A DNA stretch of 61,603 bases, filler included, from Basidioascus undulatus (taxonomy: Eukaryota): the NCBI GenBank assembly GCA_000826855.1. It is 6 parts of 6 records of this genome, joined end to end, with 100 filler letters (N's around TTAATTAATTAA, not from the genome) between each part and the next. Parts side by side here need not be neighbours in the genome. Positions count along the whole stretch, not along the records: positions 10,300 to 20,496 come from JTLS01001165.1; positions 20,597 to 30,787 come from JTLS01001166.1; 4 more parts are not named here. One strand, given 5' to 3'. Under the pieces are notes generated by a model that saw nothing but the letters and a program-made list of their open reading frames with translations, made no database searches and was not told the origin of the DNA. Positions 13,884 to 23,569 of the stretch are shown in pieces. Made by a program: the position numbers and the translations under genes. Every line of letters starts with the position of its first letter. Position 1 is the stretch's first letter.

Positions 13884-15952
13884 ATGCGCCCTGCCGGCCT
13901 TCCCCTCCTCCCGCTCTTCCTCTACCTGGCTTCCAACCTCCCCTTCAGCTCCGCGCTATCCCCTCTTTCCCCACCAAACCAGCACCACCTCTTCTCCCGC
14001 CAGGACAGTGGCGGGGCGCTGCCCGAGCCGGGCACAGCAGAATGGAAGTCCATGTACCCCGACCCGTTCAAGATCCCCCATGCGTCAGTCCCTCCCTCTC
14101 TAACGCTTGCTCTCCAGCCTCACTTGAGCCCTTCCTGCAGTGTACCAAAAACATGGATGGACCGCTACTTCGCAGCGAAAGCGGCTGGGCTCATCCCGCC
14201 TATCCCCGTCGCAACGATGGACGCGTCAGGCTTTCCGCGATACCCCGACGACGACAAGACTTTCCGGGACCCCAAGACGTGCAGCCACACCCATAGCGCA
14301 TGCTCTGATTCCGACGAGTTAGCAGCAGCAGGTCTTGGACTTGACGGGCACGGGCTGAAATCAAGTGTCGCCGCGCAGCATCGTCGATGTGAGGGACGGA
14401 TATTATGGGCTGTCGTTCGACGATGTGCGTGCCACATATCTTTGAAATTTTAAGGCAGACTAACCCGAGCCTTGATCTCTTTCGACAGGGTCCCCGCCAA
14501 GAGTCGCGCGAGCTGTACACCTTTCTCAAGAATAACTCGGTCCGCGCAACGCACTACATGGTGCGTTTGTCTTGCTCTTCACAGCCAATTCCCTCTCATA
14601 GGACTGAAAAGTTAATCCATGTTTGTTCCTGAGCAGATCGGTCAGAACATTCTCGCGAACCCCGACGTATTCAAGATCGCGTTCGAGGAGCTTGAGGGCG
14701 AGATCGCAGTGCACACGTCTGTCGGCTCTTTTCCTCCCCAAAGCAATCCGCAGAACTCTGAAAGCTGAAATCTGATGGGAATGTTCCCCAGATGGTCTCA
14801 CCGCTTCGCCATCACCCTCACGGACGAGGAGTATGTGGCCGAAATCGGGTGGTGCATGTGCGTGTCGCCGGCAATCGCTTGCAGTCTCCGACTGAAACTG
14901 ACCCACCCAGTTTCTCAGGCAGATCATCTACGACCTCACAGGCGGTCGCGTTCCCGCGTCTATCCGGCCTGTACGAGCCCACCTTAGCTTTCCAACTCTC
15001 TTCGCGAAATGACTAAAAGGGTGGAATAGCCCAACGGCGATGGTGACCGTCGCACGAAAGCCATTGCTAAACACGTCTTCGGGTTGAAACTGATTTACTG
15101 GGACCACGACGTGGGTTGCTTTCTCTTCCCTCTCATCGCTTCCTGTTCCGCAGCAGACAGGGTACGCTGACAGCGTTTCTTGCCGCTCTCGACCGTAGAC
15201 TGAGGACTGGTGCCTGAACGTCCCCGCCCTTGGCACAGCGTGCGGCTCGCGCGTCCCAAACGATGCATACGTGGCCAAGAGCTACGAGAAGTACATTGGG
15301 CTGCCCAAGAGCCCGGGGCTACTGGTGCTCGCGCATGAGCATGTCCCGCGCGGGATCGAGGTGTTTAAGAAGGCATACCCGTGCGTGATGCTTTTCCTTC
15401 TGACTGGGTTATCGCTTAGGCGAAATGGAGGCTGACGGGACCATGGTGCGTGAATTGACAGGAAGATGATCGAGGCCGGGTGGAAAGTCGTACCCGTATA
15501 CGAGGCAGTTGGTTTCAGTCCATGGCAGAAGTACGCTCATTCACTCTTCGGACTCGGCTTACACCCTGCTGATCCTCACCCTCCCTCCCCCGAACAACAG
15601 CGCCGACTCAAACACCTCACCACCCACCTCTCTCGCCATTGCCCCCGACACGTCCCTCTCCCCGTTCACTGCCACCGGCTCGCCCGAGAACACTGTGCCG
15701 GCGCCGGCGCCGTCGCGCACCTCCTCCGCCGCCGAGCCAGCCGAGGCAACCGAGCAAGTAAAGGTCACTGAGGGTGAGAGTGAGGATGGGGGTATTCTAG
15801 GACTGTTCGGCAGTACCCGCGCCCATGCGAGCTCGAGCTCGGAGCTCATCAACTCTGCGAGGAGAAAGTGGGACGGGACTGCAGGGAAGGTGCGCTGGGT
15901 GGGCGCTGCGGTGGGCGTCGGGGTGGGTGTTCAAATGGCTTTCGGCTTGTAG
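13884..15952 (+). CDS. Chitin deacetylase (CE4/NodB), secreted and probably GPI-anchored (basidiomycete CDA type)
   Basis: Signal peptide; motifs SFDDGP, HTWSHR, RPPNG, DTEDW, LAHE; Ser/Thr/Pro-rich linker and a hydrophobic C-terminal tail. TAG at 15950-15952. Confidence 0.92.
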
Positions 15953-17308
15953 ATACGGGAATTTTTACCCTCTGGGTGCTGCATGTGCTGGTCTTTGGCG
16001 TACATGTCCGTGTGGCTTGGCAGTGTCTGCTTCTTTGAAAGTCCGTTGGCTGGAGGCTGCACTCCACTGAGTTCCCATCCTTTCAATTCGTAATTACAGT
16101 CAAGCGAGGGCCTCCGTTAAGTCTCATGCCTTCGACTGCGATTACATCAAGATCGCTCGAGCATCTTCGGCGTTGTCTGACGAAGATTGGGTCTCCTGGA
16201 CTGTATCTACATAACGCTGTGCCCAAGTTACAATGTCACCCTAAAAGTCCCAGTTCTACCTGTGACGGCCACAAGCGGAAGAACTTAATGCCAGAACAGC
16301 AACGGTTGCGAAGTGCGTCCGATGCACGTCCGTTCCGCTCATCGGACGGCATCAGTCACACAGTCGGAAGGATGAGAGAACTATATGAAAATAATACTTT
16401 TCATGAAAGCAAGGGAAAATATAAGCATTCCTTCCGCTGGCGCACCCAGCTGACTTCCAGAACGCAGGGGCCTCCCGGCCTATTTTAAAAGAATCCAAGT
16501 CGATTGTTGTTTCTTGATTAGAGAACTCCAGTAAAAAAAAAGTCGAGCCACTTGGCTGAATAGCTTCACCCCCTTATTACGCTCCTGCTGCTCTTCTTAG
16601 GACATTTCAGCGACGACTTCCAAGGAAGGTACACCTTGAGGGTAGGGGAATAGAATTCAACGGTATTGTCTCCCTCCTACGCAAGGCATTCTATTGTCCT
16701 TCCTTAGACATTTGAGGGAAATGACACAATTCCGGGCTATTTGGGCCACACCCAGCACCCATCCCCCGCTGTGGCTCATTCAAATAGCGACAAAGGGAAG
16801 AACTGGTGGAGACAGAGACTCTTCCTCAGGCGCACTCTCTGCTCTGCAGCTGACTCTTCCCGGTACAGAGAAACACTTTCTTCATCCATACATTGCACAT
16901 TAGGCCCTAAACACCCTGGGTGTCTCACCTAAAGAACAAAGACCCCGTTCGACTTATGGAAGTCGGCACCAAGCTCAAGTAGCTGCCTCGACGAATTCTC
17001 CGTCACTGGCAACGCTGACGCGGACTGATTATATCACCTACTGTACATATTCTGAGGGATTATATTGGAAATTCTACTGTCAATACCCAGAAAGGGAAAA
17101 AGGCATCATGAGTAGTGTGAAGAAGTGATGGACGGGGCTCGTGGTGGAGGTGGAGGAAAGACAACGTGATGTGAAGCTTCCTCTCGTGGTGTAACTCCCA
17201 CTGTTTGGAGGTGAGCCTACCCACTCCCTCTCCGACTGCTTTCAACCACGCAATTATGCTCGCAAGCCATAACAGTATGAGGATGTCAGAAAGAGAATCT
17301 TGATCATA

Positions 17309-17404
17309 GCCTCCTTGGCGAAGTTGGAATCGCAGTGGTCTCATAAATATGACCGGTATAGCCGGGTAATCCAAAGGTCGCCAGTTCGAGCCTGGCAGGG
17401 GGCA
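17309..17404 (+). tRNA. tRNA-Met (CAT, elongator-type) with ~23-nt intron
   Basis: Acceptor stem GCCTCCT/AGGGGGC, D arm GCGA-AGTTGGAA-TCGC, loop CT-CAT-A then intron ~17346-17368, T arm GCCAG-TTCGAGC-CTGGC. Confidence 0.88.
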
Positions 17405-17419
17405 GCTTTCTTGATTAAG

Positions 17420-17477
17420 TAATCAAGAAATCACATTTTACACGGCGCGTAATTAAGAAATCTCATTTTACACGGCG
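17420..17477 (+). repeat. Tandem direct repeat, 2 x 28 bp with 30-bp period
   Basis: TAATCAAGAAATCACATTTTACACGGCG / TAATTAAGAAATCTCATTTTACACGGCG. Confidence 0.85.
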
Positions 17478-17996
17478 GGCGAGCGAGCGAGCGAAGATGA
17501 TGGGTTGGGCGAGCAGCGAGGAAGCCGAGGAAGACGCAGCGAGCAGGGGTGCCCGTCCCGCTGGTGTGTTTCTGTATGGTAACGTTTGTGGAGTTGCATT
17601 GGATTGAGTGGGTTGAAAAGAGGAAAAAGGGAGGTGGGAAAGAAGAATGAGCGAGGCAGGCGGGCAGGCAGGTAGAGTACGCAGTTGAGTCGCCGGCGGG
17701 CTGGCTTTTGAGCACTTGTTCTGCTGCTGTCTGGCAGGCGGGCGACAAAAAAACAACCATTCTTATGCCATAGGATTGTTTTTCCCCCTGGAGCAAAGGC
17801 TGTGGCTCGAGCATGAAGGTGCAGGTGCCAACCGGCTGAGATCCGAGGACAATTCGGAGAGAAGACGCTGGCTTGGTACACTATATTATCAAAGGCATTT
17901 CATTCCTCCCTCCCCTTCTTTACTTTCTGGTTCTATTCTTCTATTCTTCCTCCCCCTCCAGCTTCCGCTCCCCCCGTCCCAGCCTCCCCTCATCGC

Positions 17997-18580
17997 TCAC
18001 CGAACCTCGAACCCCCCAAATCTGCTCCCTAAGATCTTCTGCGCTTCCTCGGGGCTCACCTCCTCCTCCCGTCCGACGCGCACCTCGTCCACCTTTGCGA
18101 GCCGCGGGCCTTGGGCGAGGTGGGATTTACTGCACCCCATGGCCATGCAGGTTCAGCGTCGAAGAGACGAGCTGGAATGGGCAAGGAAGGGAGTCTACAA
18201 GGTTTCTATAGCTTGTTTTTGGCCTGCGGAAGTATCCGAAGAGTGTCCGAGGTAAGGTGGACGAGAACGGGGGTAGGAGGGAAAGGGCAGGAGTGGGGAT
18301 ACTCACCGACCGCCGTCCCCTCAACATGTCCCGCCCGGTCGTTCTTGACCCACCCGCGGAGACTAAGCTCACGCGCCTTGCGCTGCGTAAAGTCACGGAA
18401 CGAGACGCCCTGGCCCCCCTCCCCTCAGCCCACTGCCCCTCCTCCCCCAGGCCGATAGCGGAGCGCGATGAGGTCATACCTGCACGAGACCGAAGACTGC
18501 TCGGGGGTTGTCAGCCGTGAGGGAAGGACAGAAGGGGGAGCGAAGGGTATGGGACCTTTGTATTCGAGTAGGAAAGGCAT
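17997..18580 (-). CDS. Acylphosphatase (five short exons)
   Basis: Spliced product MPFLLEYKVFGLVQGVSFRDFTQRKARELSLRGWVKNDRAGHVEGTAVGQKQAIETFKSHLAQGPRLAKVDEV...FEVR*. It carries the VxGxVQGVxFR and GWVxN signatures. Confidence 0.9.
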
Positions 18581-18882
18581 GGGGGTGGATTGGTTGGTGT
18601 GCAGATGGGAGAGGAGGCGATGGTAGTCGTGTGAAAGAGTGGACGGGAGAAGGCGTGAGATGTTTGGCGCTCAAGTGGAGGCGGTCCCTGCCTCCACACG
18701 CAGAAACGGGCGAGCGGGAGGACGCGCCGGGAACGCGACTTGTCCAGGTTCAATTTCGTTGCCCTCGTTCACGGCATTGCCTATTGGGACACTCAGCCGA
18801 ATTCCAACAAATTCAAGCCTACCAGAGAAGCACATTCGAATCCACACCTACGCCGTTCAATCAGACGGGCCCACAAGCGGCC

Positions 18883-20496
18883 ATGCCACCCTCACCGTCC
18901 AAGTCGCCTCCCTCCCCACCCGCCGCCGCGTCCACATCCACATCCACCACCACCTCCGCATCCACCTCTACCTCTTCCAGTAAGCCCGGCCCCGAAGCGT
19001 CCCTCTTGCACCGTCTAGCGGGCCCGAGCTCAGGCAAGGCGGGGCTGGGGAAGAATATCGTGCGTCCTTTGGTCCTTTGAGAGGGTTTGGGGGGGCAGGA
19101 GTTGGGATGTGGACTGGGTGGGGGGTGCTGAGCGTCGGTGGACGGGATGGGGGTAGGACGAGATTAATAGAATTATACATGATGCTTCGAAGGTGCGTTC
19201 TCCTCTTCCTCTTTTGAAACCCCGTGCTGATGCTTGATGGTGATGGTAGGGCGGAGCGTTCTATGCCGTGCGTCCCTGCTCTCCCCCTCCACAACCTCAC
19301 AGTCAACGCTGATGCGGCTGGGCACCGGCGGATAGAACGAAGTCAAACGGGACGAAGAGCTCACGCGCAAGATTGACAAGCTCCTTGCGCGGAAGGAGGG
19401 GCTCTTCGCCGCGCAGAGCCCGCAGGACACACGGGCGATTGAGGGCAAGGTGGACGGGATGGTTCGTCGTCCTTCTCCTTCTCCCGTATCCTTCGTCGCT
19501 TTGGCCCTGGGTTGGTGGGGATTACTAATAGTGGATGGGTGGATGTGGGATGGGGATGGGACAGATGACGGAGCTTGAAGCGGGCAGGGACCTGACGCAG
19601 ACTATTGTGCATTGCGATTTGGACATGTGCGTGGCGCTCTCGCTTGCGCTCTCTACCGGAGAGAAAAGGCAGGCTGATGGAATGAGGAGGTGCGAAACAG
19701 GTTCTATGGCGCTGTTGAGTTGCTCGACAACCCTTCTCTGGCGGGGAAGCCATTCGGGGTGGGCGGGGTACGTTACTTTCCCCACTGAACGCCCCTAATT
19801 CCCTCCCATCCATCCATCCCTGAATTCCTTCAGATCCTACTGTTCCGGCGCTAACGTGCCCTTGATTTAACTCGCAGGGGGTCCTCACAACCGCCTCCTA
19901 CGAAGCGCGCGCCTTCGGCGTGCGGAGCGGGATGCCCAGTGCGTCTCTCCCCCCCTGTCTCCCCCCCCTTCCTCCTCTCTGCTCCCTCTTCCCTCCTTCC
20001 TGTTCTCAAAGTTCCCCTCGATCTCGAGCTCTTGGTTGTGGTGTGCTGAGATGTTGTGGATGCTCAATCAGCCTTCATCGCCAAAAAGCTCTGCCCCGAT
20101 TTCCTCTGGGTGCCGATGCGCATGGGGCGGTACGTGGAGAAGGTGCGTTTTCTCGTCTCATCCTCCGCTCCTTTCTACTTCCCATCCGCTCCCACCTCGT
20201 TCAGTCTCGCACTTCCCCTGTTTGAGCGACTGCTAATCAACCCTTTGGAATATGATAGTCGCGGGAGGTCATGACCATGTCCGTTCATTCTTTGCGGAAT
20301 GGAAGAGGAGAAGGGAGGCTGATGAGACTGATGACCGTTGAACGGGGAACCAGTTTCAAGCGCTACGACGAGAACTTGATGATTGGGTCGTTGGACGAGG
20401 CGTACCTCAAGTGCGTTGCGTCTTCTTCACCTTCCCTCTCCCCTGCCTCTCCCCATCTCCTCTCCCCTCCCTCCTCCCGCCTTCTGCTCCCGCCCT
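18883..20496 (+). CDS. POLK: DNA polymerase kappa (DinB/Y-family), 3' end cut by contig end
   Basis: LAGPSSGKAGL and DEINRIIHDASKG (N-clasp), IVHCDLDMFYGAVE, VLTTASYEARAFGVRSGMP, FIAKKLCP, SLDEAYL. Confidence 0.95.
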
Positions 20497-20596
20497 NNNN
20501 NNNNNNNNNNNNNNNNNNNNNNNNNNNNNNNNNNNNNNNNTTAATTAATTAANNNNNNNNNNNNNNNNNNNNNNNNNNNNNNNNNNNNNNNNNNNN

Positions 20597-21018
20597 CACC
20601 TCCCCCTCCCTCGAGCTCTATGGCGAAGGCGAGGACGAAGACGAAGACGACGAGTCCGACTGGGTGTCCACGTCCTCGACCGCCTCGCCGTCGTTCCACC
20701 CGCCCACGGTCCCCCGCAACGCAGCCTACGCCGCCCCACACCAGGTCTACTCCGAGCTCGTCCTCCCTGCCGAGGACCCCGCCAGCGCGGACACCGTGCG
20801 CGGGCCATTTGCCGAGGAGGTGCGCGGCGAGCTCGGGTACAGGATGGTCGCGCGCGAGACGGCCCTGGGCGTCACGGGGGTCATGATCGATGGGGAGAGG
20901 GCGGTCGTCGAGGTGAGTGCGCTTTGGCTTCTTCAGGGTGTGCGCGAGACGCTGATTTTTGGGATCCTTGCGCGGCACACAGACGAGGGACGGGGTGTTC
21001 AGGGTCCTCGTGTTCTGA
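20597..21018 (+). CDS. C-terminal fragment of a hypothetical protein (resembles ends of basidiomycete F-box proteins)
   Basis: Coding-like exon with an intron at 20913-~20982, ending GVMIDGERAVVE-TRDGVFRVLVF*. Confidence 0.5.
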
Positions 21019-21502
21019 GCGCTGGGCACTGGGCGTGATGGATCACGTCCAGACGGATTTCCTACGGTTACTAAATTGCTTCGAGGATCCGTTTTTTCTC
21101 GCATCTCAGCACTGCTGCGTGACTACACTTGGCAGGCCACTCTCGTCCAGTCCGACTGCTCTCTGCGGTGCAGACCGTCCTGTAACCATTTTCGCTCACG
21201 TCGACTGAATTTACATTCAGAAAATCCTTTTCCAGTGCGCCATGTCTAGTTGCATTGCTGAATCAAACCTGCTCGGCATGCGGGCTTGCTCGCGCGTCGA
21301 ACGTGCCCGATGTGCCCCTGCGCGGCTCGTCTTGCTCGCTGCTCGCATGCTCGCTCCTCTCCTCCCGAACGTCACACTTTAGAGCTTTCGCACATTCGCG
21401 AGCTCGCTCCGACCCAGCGCTGGCTTATCTACTCGCTCGCGTCGAGGCCGTGCATTTCGGTCGCATTTCGATTCCAGCACCTCGGGCGCTGTGGGCAGGC
21501 TC

Positions 21503-21511
21503 ATATAAAAA
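21503..21511 (+). promoter_or_regulatory. TATA box upstream of the secreted repeat protein
   Basis: ATATAAAAA about 120 bp upstream of ATG 21624. Confidence 0.55.
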
Positions 21512-21623
21512 GCACGACTGGCGCTCTGCTTCTTGGTCCTCCCATTATCGCAACTCCAACCGCGCGGCCCTTGATCCTCTTCAATCTCCACTAATTCAGA
21601 ACATCCTCGCCGCACACTCCACC

Positions 21624-22453
21624 ATGCGATTCGCTCTCGTCTTGGCAGTTGCCGTCGCTATGCTCTCCGCGCCGATCGTGCGGGGTGCACCTCTCCCGTT
21701 CGTGTGCGCATACTATAATCGTTTCCCTTGCTGAACCTAGACTGACACCCACACCGCTTGATGCGCAGCCTATCTCCCTACTTCAAAGGCTCGATGCTCG
21801 CGTCTCGCAGTCCTTTCGACCCTTACTCGTACGTCTGTTGTCGCCCGCGCGAGAATGTACTTGAAGAAACTGATAAGATCGTCGCTCTCAGGACCGAAGG
21901 GATTGTGTCGATCGTTGCGCTGATCGACTCGCTCGAGAACGGGTACTACCGTGACGAGGAGGAGCGGTACTGCAGCTCGTCCGTATAACCTTTTGTCCCG
22001 CTCTCACCTTAAGAAGGAACTGACGCCCAAATTCCCGCACCTCAGTGTGGACGGCCGTCTTCTCGATCTTGATGTCCTGGTGTACGTCCTAGGGGACTAC
22101 TGCCACAAAGACGACCAAGGCCGGTACTGGACGAAGTGCGTACCCCTCTCTTTCTCCACAGCCTGGATTCGTTTTGACTTGTAACTGCTCTTCTTCCCAA
22201 ACGAAGGCACAACGAGCTTCTTGACCTCGGTATCATCGTGGACGTCCTCGAAGGGCGGTATGTCCGGCGTGGAGACGGTAGCTACTGGTGCGAGTACGTC
22301 GGCCCTTCCCTCTCGGTCAGGCTCGCATAGTCGACAGAGTTACAACTGACTGATTTCTCGTTCGTCGCGATGAGGGAGCGCGGCTTGGTACTCGACGCCG
22401 ACTTGGTCGCACTCATCGATCTCCTCCCGTCTTCCCGCGTTGCTCGGTTCTGA
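21624..22453 (+). CDS. Small secreted tandem-repeat protein (~158 aa, 6 exons), family not recognised
   Basis: Signal peptide MRFALVLAVAVAMLSAPIVRGAP. Exons 21624-21697, 21769-21828, 21892-21978, 22046-22135, 22207-22293 and 22375-22453 join in one open frame. Repeat consensus is roughly LLDLxxLVDVLxGxYxRxDxGRYW. Confidence 0.75.
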
Positions 22454-23149
22454 GTGGCAGGCTCCTGTGTTCCACCTGTTAGTTGACGTAGCTGTCGGAG
22501 CTGGGCCGCACTCGCATGCGACACCCTATACCCCGACCCAAGTTTGTTTCCTCCAGTTTTTCATATGTATACTTTAATCCTAATGCATTAATAGGCCGTC
22601 CGCCCCATGTTAGTGTGATACAATCCGACGCTCCCCGAAACGACGGACTGGATACAGCAATGGCTGTTCACAGGATTTAGGTAAACAGTATGGTGATTCC
22701 TGGAAGCCGTAGCTAAGAGAAAAAAATACATATAGATTCTCATATTTCATCTTACAGAATTTGGTCATCTCACCTCCCCTTATGAACGTGCATGAACACT
22801 GAACCCCAGCGGCGACAGCGATGCTCTCGGCCATCCGCTCCGTTGTCCCACTCTGCAGTACCTATCCGGCACGAGGAAAAAAAGAAAATGTCTGACTTCT
22901 ACATATCTGTGATTAAGAAGGCTCCACAAAGAAGCCAAGGAAAAGAGGACGCTGGTTTCATGGGGCAGTCTCCCGAGTCGCCGTTGCCCAATGGACGCAC
23001 CATCGCACCGGCCTCCCACGGACAAAAGCTGTGTTGACGTACGCTGTAGAAAAAGCTATATAAAAACTCGCCCTGTGAGATATATCATCTTTGCTCCAAC
23101 GAAACGTCTTTCACACCACCCACTTTTCAAACTCCATGATCTCAATACC

Positions 23150-23539
23150 ATGCAGCTCACTGCCCTTTTCCTTTCGGCGCTCTCCATCGTCGGACTCGTC
23201 TCTGCTGCGGCCCTGCCTTCGGTTGAAGGTCTCACATGCACGAGTGGCATCCTGGGTATGTCTCCCTTCTTTCGCTCCGGCAGTGTAGATTCCTGACCGG
23301 CATTCGTACGCATCAATCAGAGAAGCACGCATGGAGCATCGGCTGCGCCAGAAACGACGACAACAACATCAGCCCCTGCCTCCATTCCGCGAAGGCCAGT
23401 GCCTCAGCAACGGCAGCCTGCGTTTCGGACAGAATGCCAACTGCAACGCGGCGCAGTACCGCCTCTGCTTCACATCGAGTCAGCCACCCAAACAACTAAC
23501 AACAGGATTGGACGGAACCACGCACTGCCTCGTTCTGAG
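23150..23539 (+). pseudogene. Small secreted cysteine-rich protein, frameshifted
   Basis: TATA (CTATATAAAAA) at ~23056; signal peptide MQLTALFLSALSIVGLVSAAALP; intron 23256-23320; then EKHAWSIGCARNDDNNISPCLHS and, after a 1-nt shift near 23390, EGQCLSNGSLRFGQNANCNAAQ. The 3' end is uncertain. Confidence 0.6.
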
Positions 23540-23569
23540 CGTCCCGAGTAGAATGTCAGCTTCTCGCCT

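Noticed and set aside
21624..22453. Repeat protein as a dikaritin/KEP RiPP precursor
   Set aside because: The units are diverged, lack regular KR/RR cleavage sites, and no DUF3328 or other tailoring gene lies on the contig.
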